Shown here: piece after piece, positions 28,351-40,760 of the stretch | Numbering within the stretch: the first letter of the stretch is position 1 | Layout: every line of letters begins with the position of its first letter | Source of the DNA: Octopus vulgaris | Taxonomy: Eukaryota | Direction of reading: 5' to 3' | Assembly: GCA_951406725.2 (NCBI GenBank) | Contig: OX597824.1 | Coordinates: 23,932,001-23,996,000, forward strand | DNA: 64,000 bases | Notes under the pieces: model-generated | What the model was told of the DNA's origin: nothing | The model's input: only the letters and a program-made list of their open reading frames with translations | Databases searched by the model: none | Translations under genes and position numbers: made by a program

Positions 28351-28960
28351 AGAAAGATAGATAGGTAGATAGATAGACAAAGACAGAGAGACAGAAGGAG
28401 AGAAATAGAAAGATGTGTGTGTATGTAACGGTGTTTCTTCCCCCAGCAAGTATTGGTTCGTTTACGGCCCCTAACTTAGAGTTTCGGCAAAAGAGATTGA
28501 TAGAATAATTACCAGATATTAAAATAAGTATTGGGGTAGATTTGTTTACCCAACAATCTTCAAAGTGGTCTCCAGCATGGCCGCAGTCCCATGAATGAAA
28601 CAAGTGATATTGTAAGCATTTTTCAGACTGTTATTTTAAAATAACTTCGGCCCAACCTGATGGAAATCAATAATGCTCAAGAGCGCCGAAGTTTTAATCG
28701 ATAAGTTTTTATCTGGTCTGTTACTAGTTTCAGTTATTGGACTGCGGCCATGCTACAACAATGTCTTGATGTTTTTAGTCGAACAAATAGACGCAAGTAT
28801 TTCTGTTTTAAAATCTGGTCCTTATTCGATCTTCCTCTTTTGCGGCACCACTAAGTTACCAGGACGTAAACAAATCAACAACGATAGTCCAGCGGTCGGG
28901 GTGACGCATACAAACACAAATACGCACATATAATGCATATCCCGTGTTAATATAGACACT

Positions 28961-29180
28961 AAGGCGGCGAGATGGAAGAATCGTTGGCACGCCGGACAAA
29001 ATACTCAGCGTTATTTCGTCCGTCTTTATGTTCTGAGTTCAAATTTCACCGAGGTCGACTTTACCTTTCTTCTTTTCGGGGATCGATGAATTAAGTACCA
29101 GTGAAACACTGGGATCGATGTAATCGACTCATCCACTCTCCCTAAAATTGTCCACCTTGTGCCAAAGTTTGAAATCATAT
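28961..29180 (+). mobile_element. SINE family B, single unit with T2 tail
   Basis: Head AAGGCGGCGAGATGG, core, tail CCTTGTGCCAAAGTTTGAAATC. Confidence 0.85.
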
Positions 29181-29187
29181 TAATATT

Positions 29188-29369
29188 AGGCGCAGGAGTG
29201 GCTGTGTGGCAAGTAGCTTGCTTACCAACCACATGGTTCTGGATTCAGTACCACAGCGTGGCACCTTGGGCAAGTGTCTTCTATTATAGCCTCGGGCAGA
29301 CCAAAGCCTTGTGAGTTGATTTGGTAGATGGAAACTGGACGAAGCCCATCGTATTATGTATATGTATAC

Positions 29370-29403
<34 letters not shown>

Positions 29404-29612
29404 TTATGTGTCTCTGTTTGTCCCCCCAACATTGCTTGACAACCGATACTGGTGTGTTTATGTCCCCGTAACTTAGCGGTTCGGCAAAAGAGACCCATAG
29501 AATAAGTACTAGGCTTACAAAGAATAAGTCCTGGGGTCGATTTGCTCGACTAAAGGCGGTGCTCCAGCATGGCCGCAGTCAGATGACTGAAACAAGTAAA
29601 AGAGTTAAAGAG
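29188..29612 (+). mobile_element. SINE family A, full length
   Basis: Complete head, internal microsatellite and 3' module. Confidence 0.92.
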
Positions 29613-30457
29613 TATATGCACTCATACACCGACATTTTTATTTGTAAGTATGTATGGACATACCTTCGTATATTAGCATGTATACGAAGGGCTTCCACAT
29701 AGTTTCCATTTAATTTCCGTTGAGTAAATCCACTCAAAAGTCATTATTTCGTCCGGGGCTAGAGTAAGAATAGTTACCCAAAGAACTACGCAACTGGACT
29801 GAAACCGAAGCCATGTGGTTGCAAAGCTAACTTCTTGTTCACACAGCTTTGCATACGCTGGTGTTTCTAGATTTTTCTTTTCAGGTTTGATAGGCGTCTA
29901 CATAATGCATTCTGTATTTCCCATTTGACTACTTGAGATAGAATTGCTTACTGTTTTTAGCGGGTCGGGTTAATATACAGGATCCCACGTTGGATTATAT
30001 ATTTAATGTACTAACTAAAAACATTTTAATTAACAAACATTACAGTCGAAATTAAGAAGAGAAAAAAAAGCCATTATCTTATTGACTAATAATAGTGAAG
30101 TTGACAGGGGAGATAAGCCTAGTTAATTAATTTTAATTACTTTAAAATTAATTAAATATAGAATACAGCGGAGAATAAGTGTGGTCGCTGACGCAACGGT
30201 AACGTGTATGTTCCTTGACATATATGTTTGTGAGCCTGAATGTGTGTGTACATATATGTATGTACACACAAACACACACACACATATATATATATATCTA
30301 CGTATACACATATACATTATGTATGTGTGTATACAAATGTGTGTATGTGTGTGTGTATGCATATATATAAGCATACATACACCTATACATATATACATAC
30401 ATACATAAATACATACATACATTCATACATACATACATACATACATACATACATACA

Positions 30458-30490
<33 letters not shown>

Positions 30491-30495
30491 CTATA

Positions 30496-30530
<35 letters not shown>

Positions 30531-30671
30531 GGATTCATATATATATACACATATACATATATATACCTTACAACATTTTGGTTTTCAAAAAGTATATTTA
30601 AGACATTCAAAATGTATATATCAGACAATGTTTCATGGAAATCAATGCACACACACATACATACGAACGTA

Positions 30672-30765
<94 letters not shown>

Positions 30766-30769
30766 TAAA

Positions 30770-31390
30770 ATGGAACAAAACGCAATAGAGGACATTAAAA
30801 CATTCGTAAAGATAGATGATACAAAGGCGGACCAGAAAAACAACAATTAGAAGGACTGGGAAAAAAGACGGCTCATTCGTGGCTTTGTTTCTTCAGTCAA
30901 GTTACAAGATGTCCTTACAGTTTCGGGCAGTTACACTTCAGACTGTTCGATCTGGTTGCCCCGCCAAAAAGTCTCAGAGCATTACATTTTTTATAAGAAA
31001 GTCAGCGAATGTGTACGGTAACAAAGACAAAAAAAGTAGAATATGGAATTACAAATACAATTACAAATACAAACAAGAATATAACAACAGGTGTCTTTCG
31101 ACTGAGGAGGAATTAAATTGACCTGGCGTATATAAAGTGAAACCCTAAAGGCAGGAACCTAGGTGCTGGCGGTCGTCAGAAAGAAAGATCATGGTTGGCC
31201 AGACACCGGTCACGTGGAAGGAGGAGAGAGTGGTAGGAGGAAGCGGGATTGAAGGATTAGAAAAAATCAATAACACAAAAAGAAAGGTACAGGGGGGATA
31301 AACGAGGAGGAAAAGTAGAAGTTAAAGAAAGAGAGAACCAAGAAATGTGAGAGAGAGAAGGAGCGATTCTTCGAGGTCACCACCTAAAGA
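30770..31390 (-). mobile_element. Unclassified retroelement-like fragment (possibly Penelope-like) ending at a microsatellite
   Basis: The reverse complement of 30770-30930 (CGAAACTGTAAGGACATCTTGTAACTTGACTGAAGA...TTGCGTTTTGTTCCATTTT) is homologous to 37468-37597 (CGAAATTGCAAAGATAATCTGGAACTCAACTGAGGA...TTGCGTTCTTGTCTCATTTT). Confidence 0.45.
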
Positions 31391-31404
31391 ACAATAATTA
31401 TTAT

Positions 31405-32595
31405 GATTCTTTCTACTGTAGGCACAAGGTTTGAAATTTTAGAAAAGGGGTCAAGTCGGTTACATACACCCTAGTGCTCAACTGTTACTTATTTTATCGA
31501 CCCCAAAGGAGAAAAGCAATGTCGACGTCGTCACATTTGAATTCAGAGCGTTAGGTAGGGAAGTAATGCATTTTGTCAGGTGCGATAAGGATGCTACCTG
31601 CTCGCCGCTTAACTAGTTTCAAATTTTGGTATAAAGGCCAGCAATTTTAGTAGACGGGGATTAACCGATTATATCAACCCTAGCGCTCAACTAATTAACC
31701 GATTTTATCGACCGCAGTGCTCCACTGGTATCTATTTTATCGCCCCCGAAGGATAACATTTATGTCTACATCGTCGCATTTGAATTCAGGATGTTAAGTC
31801 GGATGTAATGCAGTTTAGCATTTTGTCAGGTGCGATAATGATTCTATCAGCTCGTCGCTTAACTAGTTTCACGTTTTGGTTTAAAGCCAGCAGTTTAAGG
31901 AGAAGGGGATTAACTGATTATATCAACCCTAGCCCTCAACTACCGTAAATCCTCGAGTATAATCCGCATTTTTTTCCAAAAATTTCAAGGTCAAAATCCC
32001 TAGTGCGTACTATACACGAGATTAAAAATGAAAATTATTTTCTAAGCAATGTCTGAGTCTCTATTTGCTGTCCGGCAATGTTTATTCAGACGCATTTTCT
32101 GATGTCGGGCGCGAAAATACCTTAAGCTAAGCCAGAAAGCAATGAAGTCATTAAAGAACCATCCATAACTTGCAATAAGCAAAATTTATTAAACATTATT
32201 ACTGTTATTTCTTTATTTTCTGCAAACAAAATGCACAAAAAAGCTACACATTTGCATTATGTTATATATACAATAACAATAAAGGACGTTACCTTATACG
32301 GTTTTACAAACCAAGGACGTAATATAGACCTCCTTGACTCAAATTAGAGAAGGGGTGCGTATTATACAAAAGATTTAGGTTTTTCAGAGGTACAGCCCAC
32401 TAAAAATCCTCTGCGTATTATACTTAAGGGGGGACTATACTCGAAGATTTACGGTAGTACTGATTCTATCAATCCCGAAAGGATGAAAGGCAAATACGAC
32501 CTCGGTGCAATTTGAACTCAGGACATCAAGTCGGAAGAAATACTACAGAGCATTTTTGTTCAACGTGTAAATAATTCTTCCAGTTTACTGCCTTC
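31405..32595 (-). mobile_element. Three old SINE-B (T2) copies in tandem, partly a ~250-bp local duplication
   Basis: TAACTAGTTTCA...GGGGATTAAC.GATTATATCAACCCTAGC.CTCAACTA at 31610 and 31860; the third copy is interrupted by a MITE. Confidence 0.75.
31941..32456. mobile_element. Tc2/pogo-like MITE (~515 bp)
   Basis: TIRs TACCGTAAATCCTCGAGTATA / TATACTCGAAGATTTACGGTA, TA ends, internal GCGTA(C/T)TATAC repeats; inserted into a SINE-B. Confidence 0.9.
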
Positions 32596-32990
32596 TAATA
32601 ATAGTAAATCGCCTTTTTTTAATTTAGTATGAGCTGCACACTCATGAACTGGTCAAATTAATGACTTTTTTTTTGCTTTGTTTTGTCTCAGCACAGATGC
32701 GCCTCGCCAGGTTCTTATGCACTTGCAATTCGCCCGTGGTAATGAAAAAGCTTCTCCACCGCCGCCGTTCTACATACACGCTCTTTAGTATTTTTGGTCA
32801 CAATGACATAAGAAAGAATAGCAAGAAGAAATAAATAGAGAATTCTTTAGAGAAAGACGTACGAATGAAATTCTTTCAAGTAATTGCCAAAGTTATATTA
32901 GCTATTTGTTGCATTAAATGAGGTATTGAATTCTTTAGTTAATAGCACAAACGAGTAATTATTATTAATTAGCGTTAATACTAATTAATC

Positions 32991-33122
<132 letters not shown>

Positions 33123-33215
33123 TCACATGCATGCATACAGATACATGCATACATACATATCTATGTATATATGTATATATGTATCTATGCATATATGTAT
33201 ATGTATATATATACA

Positions 33216-33292
<77 letters not shown>

Positions 33293-33554
33293 CAGGCAGC
33301 TGACTAAATGAATTAACCATCTGGAATTCCTGCAATTTTGTTCGCTTCGCCAAATCTTTGTCTTTCAATGACAAACCTTACACCAAAACTTGTTAGAAAG
33401 TTTCACAACCAAGGTAAACTTGGATTACAGTTATATAACGAAGGTCCAATATAGAAACCTCTATGCTTGGCATGCTAGAAATAGCAGCCTCATCTTAAGA
33501 AAAACACACACCGATGACGACTATAACCATATTCCTGAAATATTTTAAAATAAA

Positions 33555-33795
33555 TGGTTAGAGTGTCAGAATTATGATCATAAGATTGTGGTTTCGATTC
33601 CTGGACTAGGCGACACGTTGTGTTCTTGAGCAAAGCACTTCATTTCACGTTGCTCCGGTCCACTCAGCTGGCAAAAATGAGTAACGCTGCGATAGACTGG
33701 CGTCCCATCCAGCTAGGGGGAACACATACACCACTGAAACCGGGAAGCCGGACCCATGAGCCTGGCTAGGCTTTAAATGGGCGCATTTATTATTT
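33555..33795 (+). mobile_element. SINE family C (V-SINE-like)
   Basis: B-box-like GGTTTCGATTCC, TTGAGCAAAGCACTT core, GCGATAGACTGGCGTCCCATCCAG...GAAACCGGG motif typical of V-domain SINEs. Confidence 0.7.
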
Positions 33796-34124
33796 TATTT
33801 ATTATTTTAAAATAAAGCAGTTATGTTCAGTAGAAATACACATAAACGCACTCATGAATACACATATTCACACAGGTACACAGAAACACACATACATACA
33901 CACCCATAAATTTTCTCTCACATTCATAGGACGGCTGCGTAAAGAAGTGCCGATCTCTAATTGTAAATGGAACCTGTTGAAGGGCTTGACCAAGAAAGAC
34001 GTGGCGCGAGTTGGCGAAATATGATCTTCGGTTGCTGAGTCTCGTGGAGAGGCGATGACACGTGACCGAGACTTCTGGTGATATGTTGTGCAAGAGAAGA
34101 CACTTCAAGTTAAGTGAAATCGTG

Positions 34125-34290
34125 ATCATGGCCAGTATCGGTGACACGTAAAAGGCACTCGTGCCGCTGACACGCAACAGGTACCAGTGCCGGTGACACG
34201 TATACAGAACCCATGTCGGTGACACATAATTATGCACCCAGTACACTCTGTAAAGTGGTTAGCATTTTGAAAGCCATCCAGCATACATCG
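34125..34290 (+). repeat. Four ~26-bp GTGACACG-type tandem units followed by an RTE-5'-like motif
   Basis: (T/C)G.CGGTGACAC(G/A)T repeated about 4 times, then GTGGTTAGCATTTTGAAAGCCATCCAGC. Confidence 0.5.
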
Positions 34291-34436
34291 TACATACAGA
34301 TGGGTACAGGCGATGAATAGTGTATTCACATTCGGCTGTGTAAATTTTGGAAGTGCTGGTTAGATATCTGTTGCACGATGTCACTCGATTGTGTGCATAC
34401 TTAACCCTAGCATTTTCAAATTTTATAATCGGAAAT

Positions 34437-34497
34437 GCTACACTGAAGAGAGAATTAAGTAATTTAAAACAATTTAATGTCGAAACGCGTGTGCGGC
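34437..34497 (+). ncRNA. Degenerate type-I hammerhead ribozyme motif (probably inactive)
   Basis: GCTACA-CTGAAGA-GA..ATTAA..TTAAT.TC-GAAA-CGCG-TG-TGCGGC; core intact, but position 17 is G. Confidence 0.6.
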
Positions 34498-34671
34498 TAA
34501 TCGGAGTCGTGTTGATTCATTGTTTTTCTCTTTGCCTACGTAAAAATGTGTGCTACTGTCGTAGAGATTCTTACTGTAGTAGAAAAGGAATTTTTAATTC
34601 CTATTTCTAAATTCGGTATGTGGTGAAGCGATTAACTGACCCCTAATTATAATTATGTTTATAATTATAGA

Positions 34672-34733
<62 letters not shown>

Positions 34734-35003
34734 TTGGATAAAATCTTTATAAGAATTTATCAAGTAGTTAGCAGGAAAAACCTCATAAGAGAAAAATCCA
34801 TAAATTTCTCTCTTAAATATATTTATTTATATTATATAGAGGGCATTACTATACATAAATGCCACATTTTATCCTAATTCTAAATTGTAAATTTTATCGG
34901 AGTATATTCAGTACTGAATTTTTATTCCGAATAAACACGTTGTGCCAAGATGCAATTCGAAAAAGCCCGCCCTTTTCCTAGATGTATAAAGGTTGAACAT
35001 TTA

Positions 35004-35065
<62 letters not shown>

Positions 35066-35114
35066 CGTCTGGTATGTTGACTTTTTCATTTTTATAAGTC
35101 TTGATGTAAAATCA

Positions 35115-35174
35115 CTGCACTGACGATTAAAAAGTGCATGTTGTGCACTAATTATGAAATCATATGATCTGCAG
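35115..35174 (+). ncRNA. Type-I hammerhead ribozyme motif (Penelope-type, palindromic stem III)
   Basis: Stem I CTGCA/TGCAG, core CTGACGA, stem II with AGTGCA/TGCACT, GAAA, palindromic ATCATATGAT, predicted cleavage after AUC (C35169). Confidence 0.8.
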
Positions 35175-35330
35175 CTGAATCTGTTTTTAAAAGGCTCGCT
35201 TCGAGAGTTGCATTCCCTTGCGTTCGGTACACTGTGTTTATTATATTAGTTTTGACTTTAACAGTCCTTCCTGGCCTGAGGCATTTATGTATATTAATGC
35301 CCTTAATATAAATAAAAAAATTATATATAT

Positions 35331-35418
<88 letters not shown>

Positions 35419-35552
35419 TTATATATATATACAGACATGTGCACATTTCTCTAACGTTTGCATGTGTAACCTTCTACTTATTCATCTCATCTGTCTTATC
35501 TTCCTTTTTCTTTCTCCTTTTCTCTTTCAGTCTCCCCCCGTCTCTCTCCCTA

Positions 35553-35589
<37 letters not shown>

Positions 35590-35678
35590 GGTGGATTTGG
35601 GTATGTGCGTGTTTGTCTTACACACTTCCTTTAACTCATCGTTTAGAGTGTTAGATGTATATATTTATATGTGATGTG

Positions 35679-35759
<81 letters not shown>

Positions 35760-35906
35760 GTGTTTGTGTCCCTGTGTACGTACGCTAAGCATGCATGTGG
35801 GCGCGTGCGAGTACACGGAAGAACGGAAGATGGTTGTTCAAAAACTTTTGAAAGGCGTGTAGACCAAAGCTGAAAGCAATCAAATACCAGAAGTCAAGTG
35901 TGTGTG

Positions 35907-35971
<65 letters not shown>

Positions 35972-35978
35972 TTATATA

Positions 35979-36042
<64 letters not shown>

Positions 36043-36305
36043 TATATACATATATACATATACATACATATGCATAAATACATGCATCACATACAAATAT
36101 ATATAATATACGTACGTATATATATATATACTGCATTAATACATACATCATATACAAATATATATATATATAATACACACACACACACAAACACATACAC
36201 ACACATATATATATATAAGAGTGCATGCGCCTCAGTAAGTACGTGTGTGTGTATGTTTATGTGTGTGAGTGCCTGTGTATGTATACGTATGCGAGTATAT
36301 GTGTG

Positions 36306-36347
<42 letters not shown>

Positions 36348-36901
36348 CACATATATATGTATGTATGTATATATATACTGAGGTAAAAGAAACAGGATGG
36401 AAGTAGTGTAGAGTGAGGTGGTATGGTGTGAGGTTAAAGGATGCAGAAATAAATTCTACAGATCCATCAGCAAACATGACACCACGCAGACTCACGTGCC
36501 TCTGAGATGGTTCGGGTGAGTGTCTTAGCCACGTGCCTGCTGTGATTAACGTTTCTTTGTCAGTATATAACCTCCATCGCCGTCCTCACCGGCCATACTC
36601 ATATTCTGGTTCCGCACCTTATCCGTTCCCCACCACCCCCACGTGCCAGTACAAGAGTTCTCAGCGATGCACCCCGACACCATTTTACGGACACCTACAT
36701 ACGAGCATACGCGCACATACACACATATACACACGCACACTCATACATACATACATACATACATACATACATACATACATACATACATACATACATACAT
36801 ACATACGTACATACGTACATACATACATACATACATATATACATACATACATACATAAATACATACATACATATATACATACATACATGCATACATACAT
36901 G

Positions 36902-36933
<32 letters not shown>

Positions 36934-36971
36934 CATACATACATGCATACATACATGCATACATACATACA

Positions 36972-37005
<34 letters not shown>

Positions 37006-37247
37006 CATATATACATACATACATACACATACATACATACATACATACATATATACATATATACATACATACATACATACATACATACATACATACATAC
37101 ATACATACATACATAACATACATAAATACATACATACATAAATACATTCATAAATACATACATACATACATAAATACATTCATACATACATACATACATA
37201 CATACATACATACATACATACATACATACATACATACACACATATGT

Positions 37248-37465
37248 ACTCTTACTCTCTTTTACTCTTTTACTTGTTTCAGTCATTTGACTGTGGCTAT
37301 GCTGGAGCACCGCCTTTAGTCGAACAAATCGACCCCAGGACTTATTCTTTGTAAGCCTATTTGTTATTCTATCGCTCTCTTTTGCCGAACCGCTAAGTTC
37401 GTAAACACCAGTATCAAGCGATGTTGGGGGAATAAACACAAGACACGCAAACATACACACACGCA
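37248..37465 (-). mobile_element. SINE family A, 3' module
   Basis: CTCTTTTACTTGTTTCAGTCATTTGACTG...GCCGAACCGCTAAG. Confidence 0.85.
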
Positions 37466-37652
37466 GGCGAAATTGCAAAGATAATCTGGAACTCAACTGA
37501 GGAAAGAAAACTCTGCTTCTGTCTGGATGTTTTGTTGTCCCTTTTTTGTATTACCTGTCTTGATATTTTGCGTTCTTGTCTCATTTTATAGTTTTCATAT
37601 ACATATATATATATATAAAGAGAGAGGGGGAGGGAAAGGGAGAGAGAGAGTG

Positions 37653-37764
<112 letters not shown>

Positions 37765-37765
37765 G

Positions 37766-37851
<86 letters not shown>

Positions 37852-38011
37852 CGACGTGCATCTTTCCAGCTTTTTGTCAACCATTGTTGCAAGCCATGCG
37901 TGTTCGTGACTCGAAACACCGTTCGTCACCTGAGACGTTTTAGGTCCGAAAAATTGTTTGTAAACTGGTTTGCTCGTATGACAGGCGTTCGTAACTAGAG
38001 ATCCCACTGTA
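37852..38011. mobile_element. Tigger/pogo-like DNA transposon end fragment
   Basis: Repeated (G)TTCGT(G/C/A)A motifs ending GTTCGTAACTAGAGATCCCACTG-TA, a typical Tigger-type terminus. Confidence 0.55.
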
Positions 38012-38602
38012 TACACAAATTTAACTGCACCATCATTATCCTCATTCGCCTCATTAGTTTCATAAGGTCTAAGTTGACATGCAAATTATCAAAGAGAAGT
38101 GCAAAGAAACAGCGACTGCCGTTTCTGACTAAGTCCACCTTGTCCATCTCTTTTATATTTTACATGTTTCAATCATTGGATTGAAACTATGATGGGACAC
38201 CATCGAAGGGTTTAGTCGTGACAAATCAGCTCCACTACATACGTTTTTTTTAATGGGTGGTACTTATTCTATCGATTCTTTTGCCGTGCCACTAAGTTAT
38301 GGGGGCCTTAAACCAACCAACACTGGCGTTTAAGCAGTGGTGGTGGACAAACACAAACACACCCACACATAATAATGAAGGTGGCTAAACGCAATATAAA
38401 ATGAAAAAGGAAAATTTCAGCTATCACTAATAGTGACTGAGGGTGCGGGGTAAAACCTACGTTGCTAGAAACAAGAGTCAAAAGAGCCTTGTAGCCGCAA
38501 AAGAGGATTAACTACTGTACGACGTAGGTGTGCTCCATCACGACTGTCCCGTTGTTATACAACACCATCACCACCATCACCACCACCAATATATGTAAGT
38601 GC

Positions 38603-39192
38603 CAGCGGCGAGCTGGTAGAAACGTTGGCACGCAGGGCGAAATGCTTAGCGGTATTTCGTCTGCTGCTGCGTTCTGATTTCAAATCCCGCCGAGGTCGAC
38701 TTTGCCTTTCATCCTTTCGGGGTCGATAAATTAAGTACCAGTTACGCACTGGGGTCGATGTAATCGACTTAATCCGTTTGTCTGTCCTTGTTTGTCCCCT
38801 CTGAGTTTAGCCCCTTGTGAGCAATAAAGAAATAGGCATTTCGTCTGTCGTTACGTTCTGAGTTCTAATTCCGCCGAGGTCGACTTTGCCTTTCATCCTT
38901 TCGGGGTCGATTAAATAAGTACCACTTACGCACTGGGGTCGATATAATCGACTTAATTCGTTTGTCTGTCCTTCTTTGTCCTCTCTGTGTTTAGCCCCTT
39001 GTGGGTAGTAATGAAATAGGTAGGTATTTCGTCTGTCTTTATGTTCTGAGTTCAAATTCTTTCGAGGTCGACTTTGTCTTTTTATCCTTTCAGGGTCGAT
39101 AAATTAAGAACCAGTTGCGTACTAGGATTAATCTAATTGGCTCGCCCCCTCCCCCAAAATTTCGAGCCTTGCTCCTAGAGTAGAAACGAATA
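38603..39192 (+). mobile_element. SINE family B stack: head + T1 + T1 + older T2
   Basis: Three cores; junctions AAGAAAT|AGGCATTTCGTC and GAAATAGGT|AGGTATTTCGTC; terminal T2 tail. Confidence 0.9.
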
Positions 39193-40589
39193 TGCGTGTT
39201 GTGTGTGTGTGTATGTATATGTATAATATATGTAAGCATATATATATATATGTAATGCATCAGTCGGCCTGGTACTGTAGTGCAAGGCACTCGCCCAAAG
39301 TGTCATGCAGTGAAACAGAATCCGAAACTAAGTGGTTGGGAAGCAAGCTCTTTAACCACACAACCATAGTTGTTATGGACGCCCGCCATCAGAACATACC
39401 GTCACGACGATCAAACGGAAGCACGCATCTTTGTAGATGCTCTGTCGGCTAGAAACAGTAGCAAAATCTTCCTAAAATAATGCCATAATGGTACATGCCG
39501 AAACTGGTACATCGTGATTTGAGGGAGATATCGGCAGCTGTTGCAGGCTTGCTCGAAGAAAGAGCAGTTTTGCTTTTGTTGGTGTTGCTACTGTTTAACT
39601 CCAAGCCAGCTCTTATCGGGCAAATTTTAAAAGGAAAAGGTGAGATGCTCGCGGTTGGAACGCTCTGGCGCTAAACAACAATAGCGACAACAATGATGAC
39701 CCTACGACAACAACAATAACAACAACCACAGGCATACGGAGATAGAATACGACTTGCCAAATTGCAACAGAAGGGGACTAACAACGTAGAAATGCTCGGT
39801 CAGATCTGACCCGTAGTTATACTACAACGCCACCACCACTACTACCACTATTACCACCACCATAATCACAACCACTACCGCCACTACTACCACTACTGCT
39901 AATATCACTACCACTACCACCACCGCAACCATAACCAACACCACTAACACCAACACCACTAATACCACCACTACCACCACCACCACCATCACCACAACCA
40001 CCACCACCATCACCACAACTACCACCATCACTACCTCCACTACCACCACCACAACCATAACCATCACCACCACTAACACCACTAATACCACCACTACCAC
40101 CACTACCACCATCACCATAACCACCACCACCTCCACCACTACCAACACCACCACCAACAACAACAATTCCATTGGTACTACCATCTCCACCACTACTACA
40201 ATGCCCTAATAACGACTACGATCACCATGAATGATTCCACCACTACGACCACAACAACCACCACCACCACTACCACTACCACCACCACCATCACCATCAC
40301 CACAACCACCACCACTACCATCACCATGACCACCCTTATGAAAACAAGCTGCAACGACAGCAACAGGTCGACATCAAACCGTTTCATCGTCTATTTAAAC
40401 AGATCCACCTCAAAAGGCAGACAGGGTGGAACTATTTATTGTTGGAGATAAATGAGACAAGACCAAACACGTGACTAACGGGCCTTCGACCGGAAGTAGA
40501 GTTGGGAAATTGGTGGCTGTCGTCGGAAAGTGGCGCCATTTGTTTAGACGCGTATTGGCAGTTGCATTGGTGGTGTCGGCGGCGGCGGT

Positions 40590-40660
<71 letters not shown>

Positions 40661-40760
40661 AGTGGAGGTGGTGGTAGTAGTAGTAGTGATGGTGGTGGTA
40701 GAGGTGGAGGTAGTAGTAGTGGTGGTGGTGGTGGTAGTAGTAGTGTTAGAGGTGGTAGGT

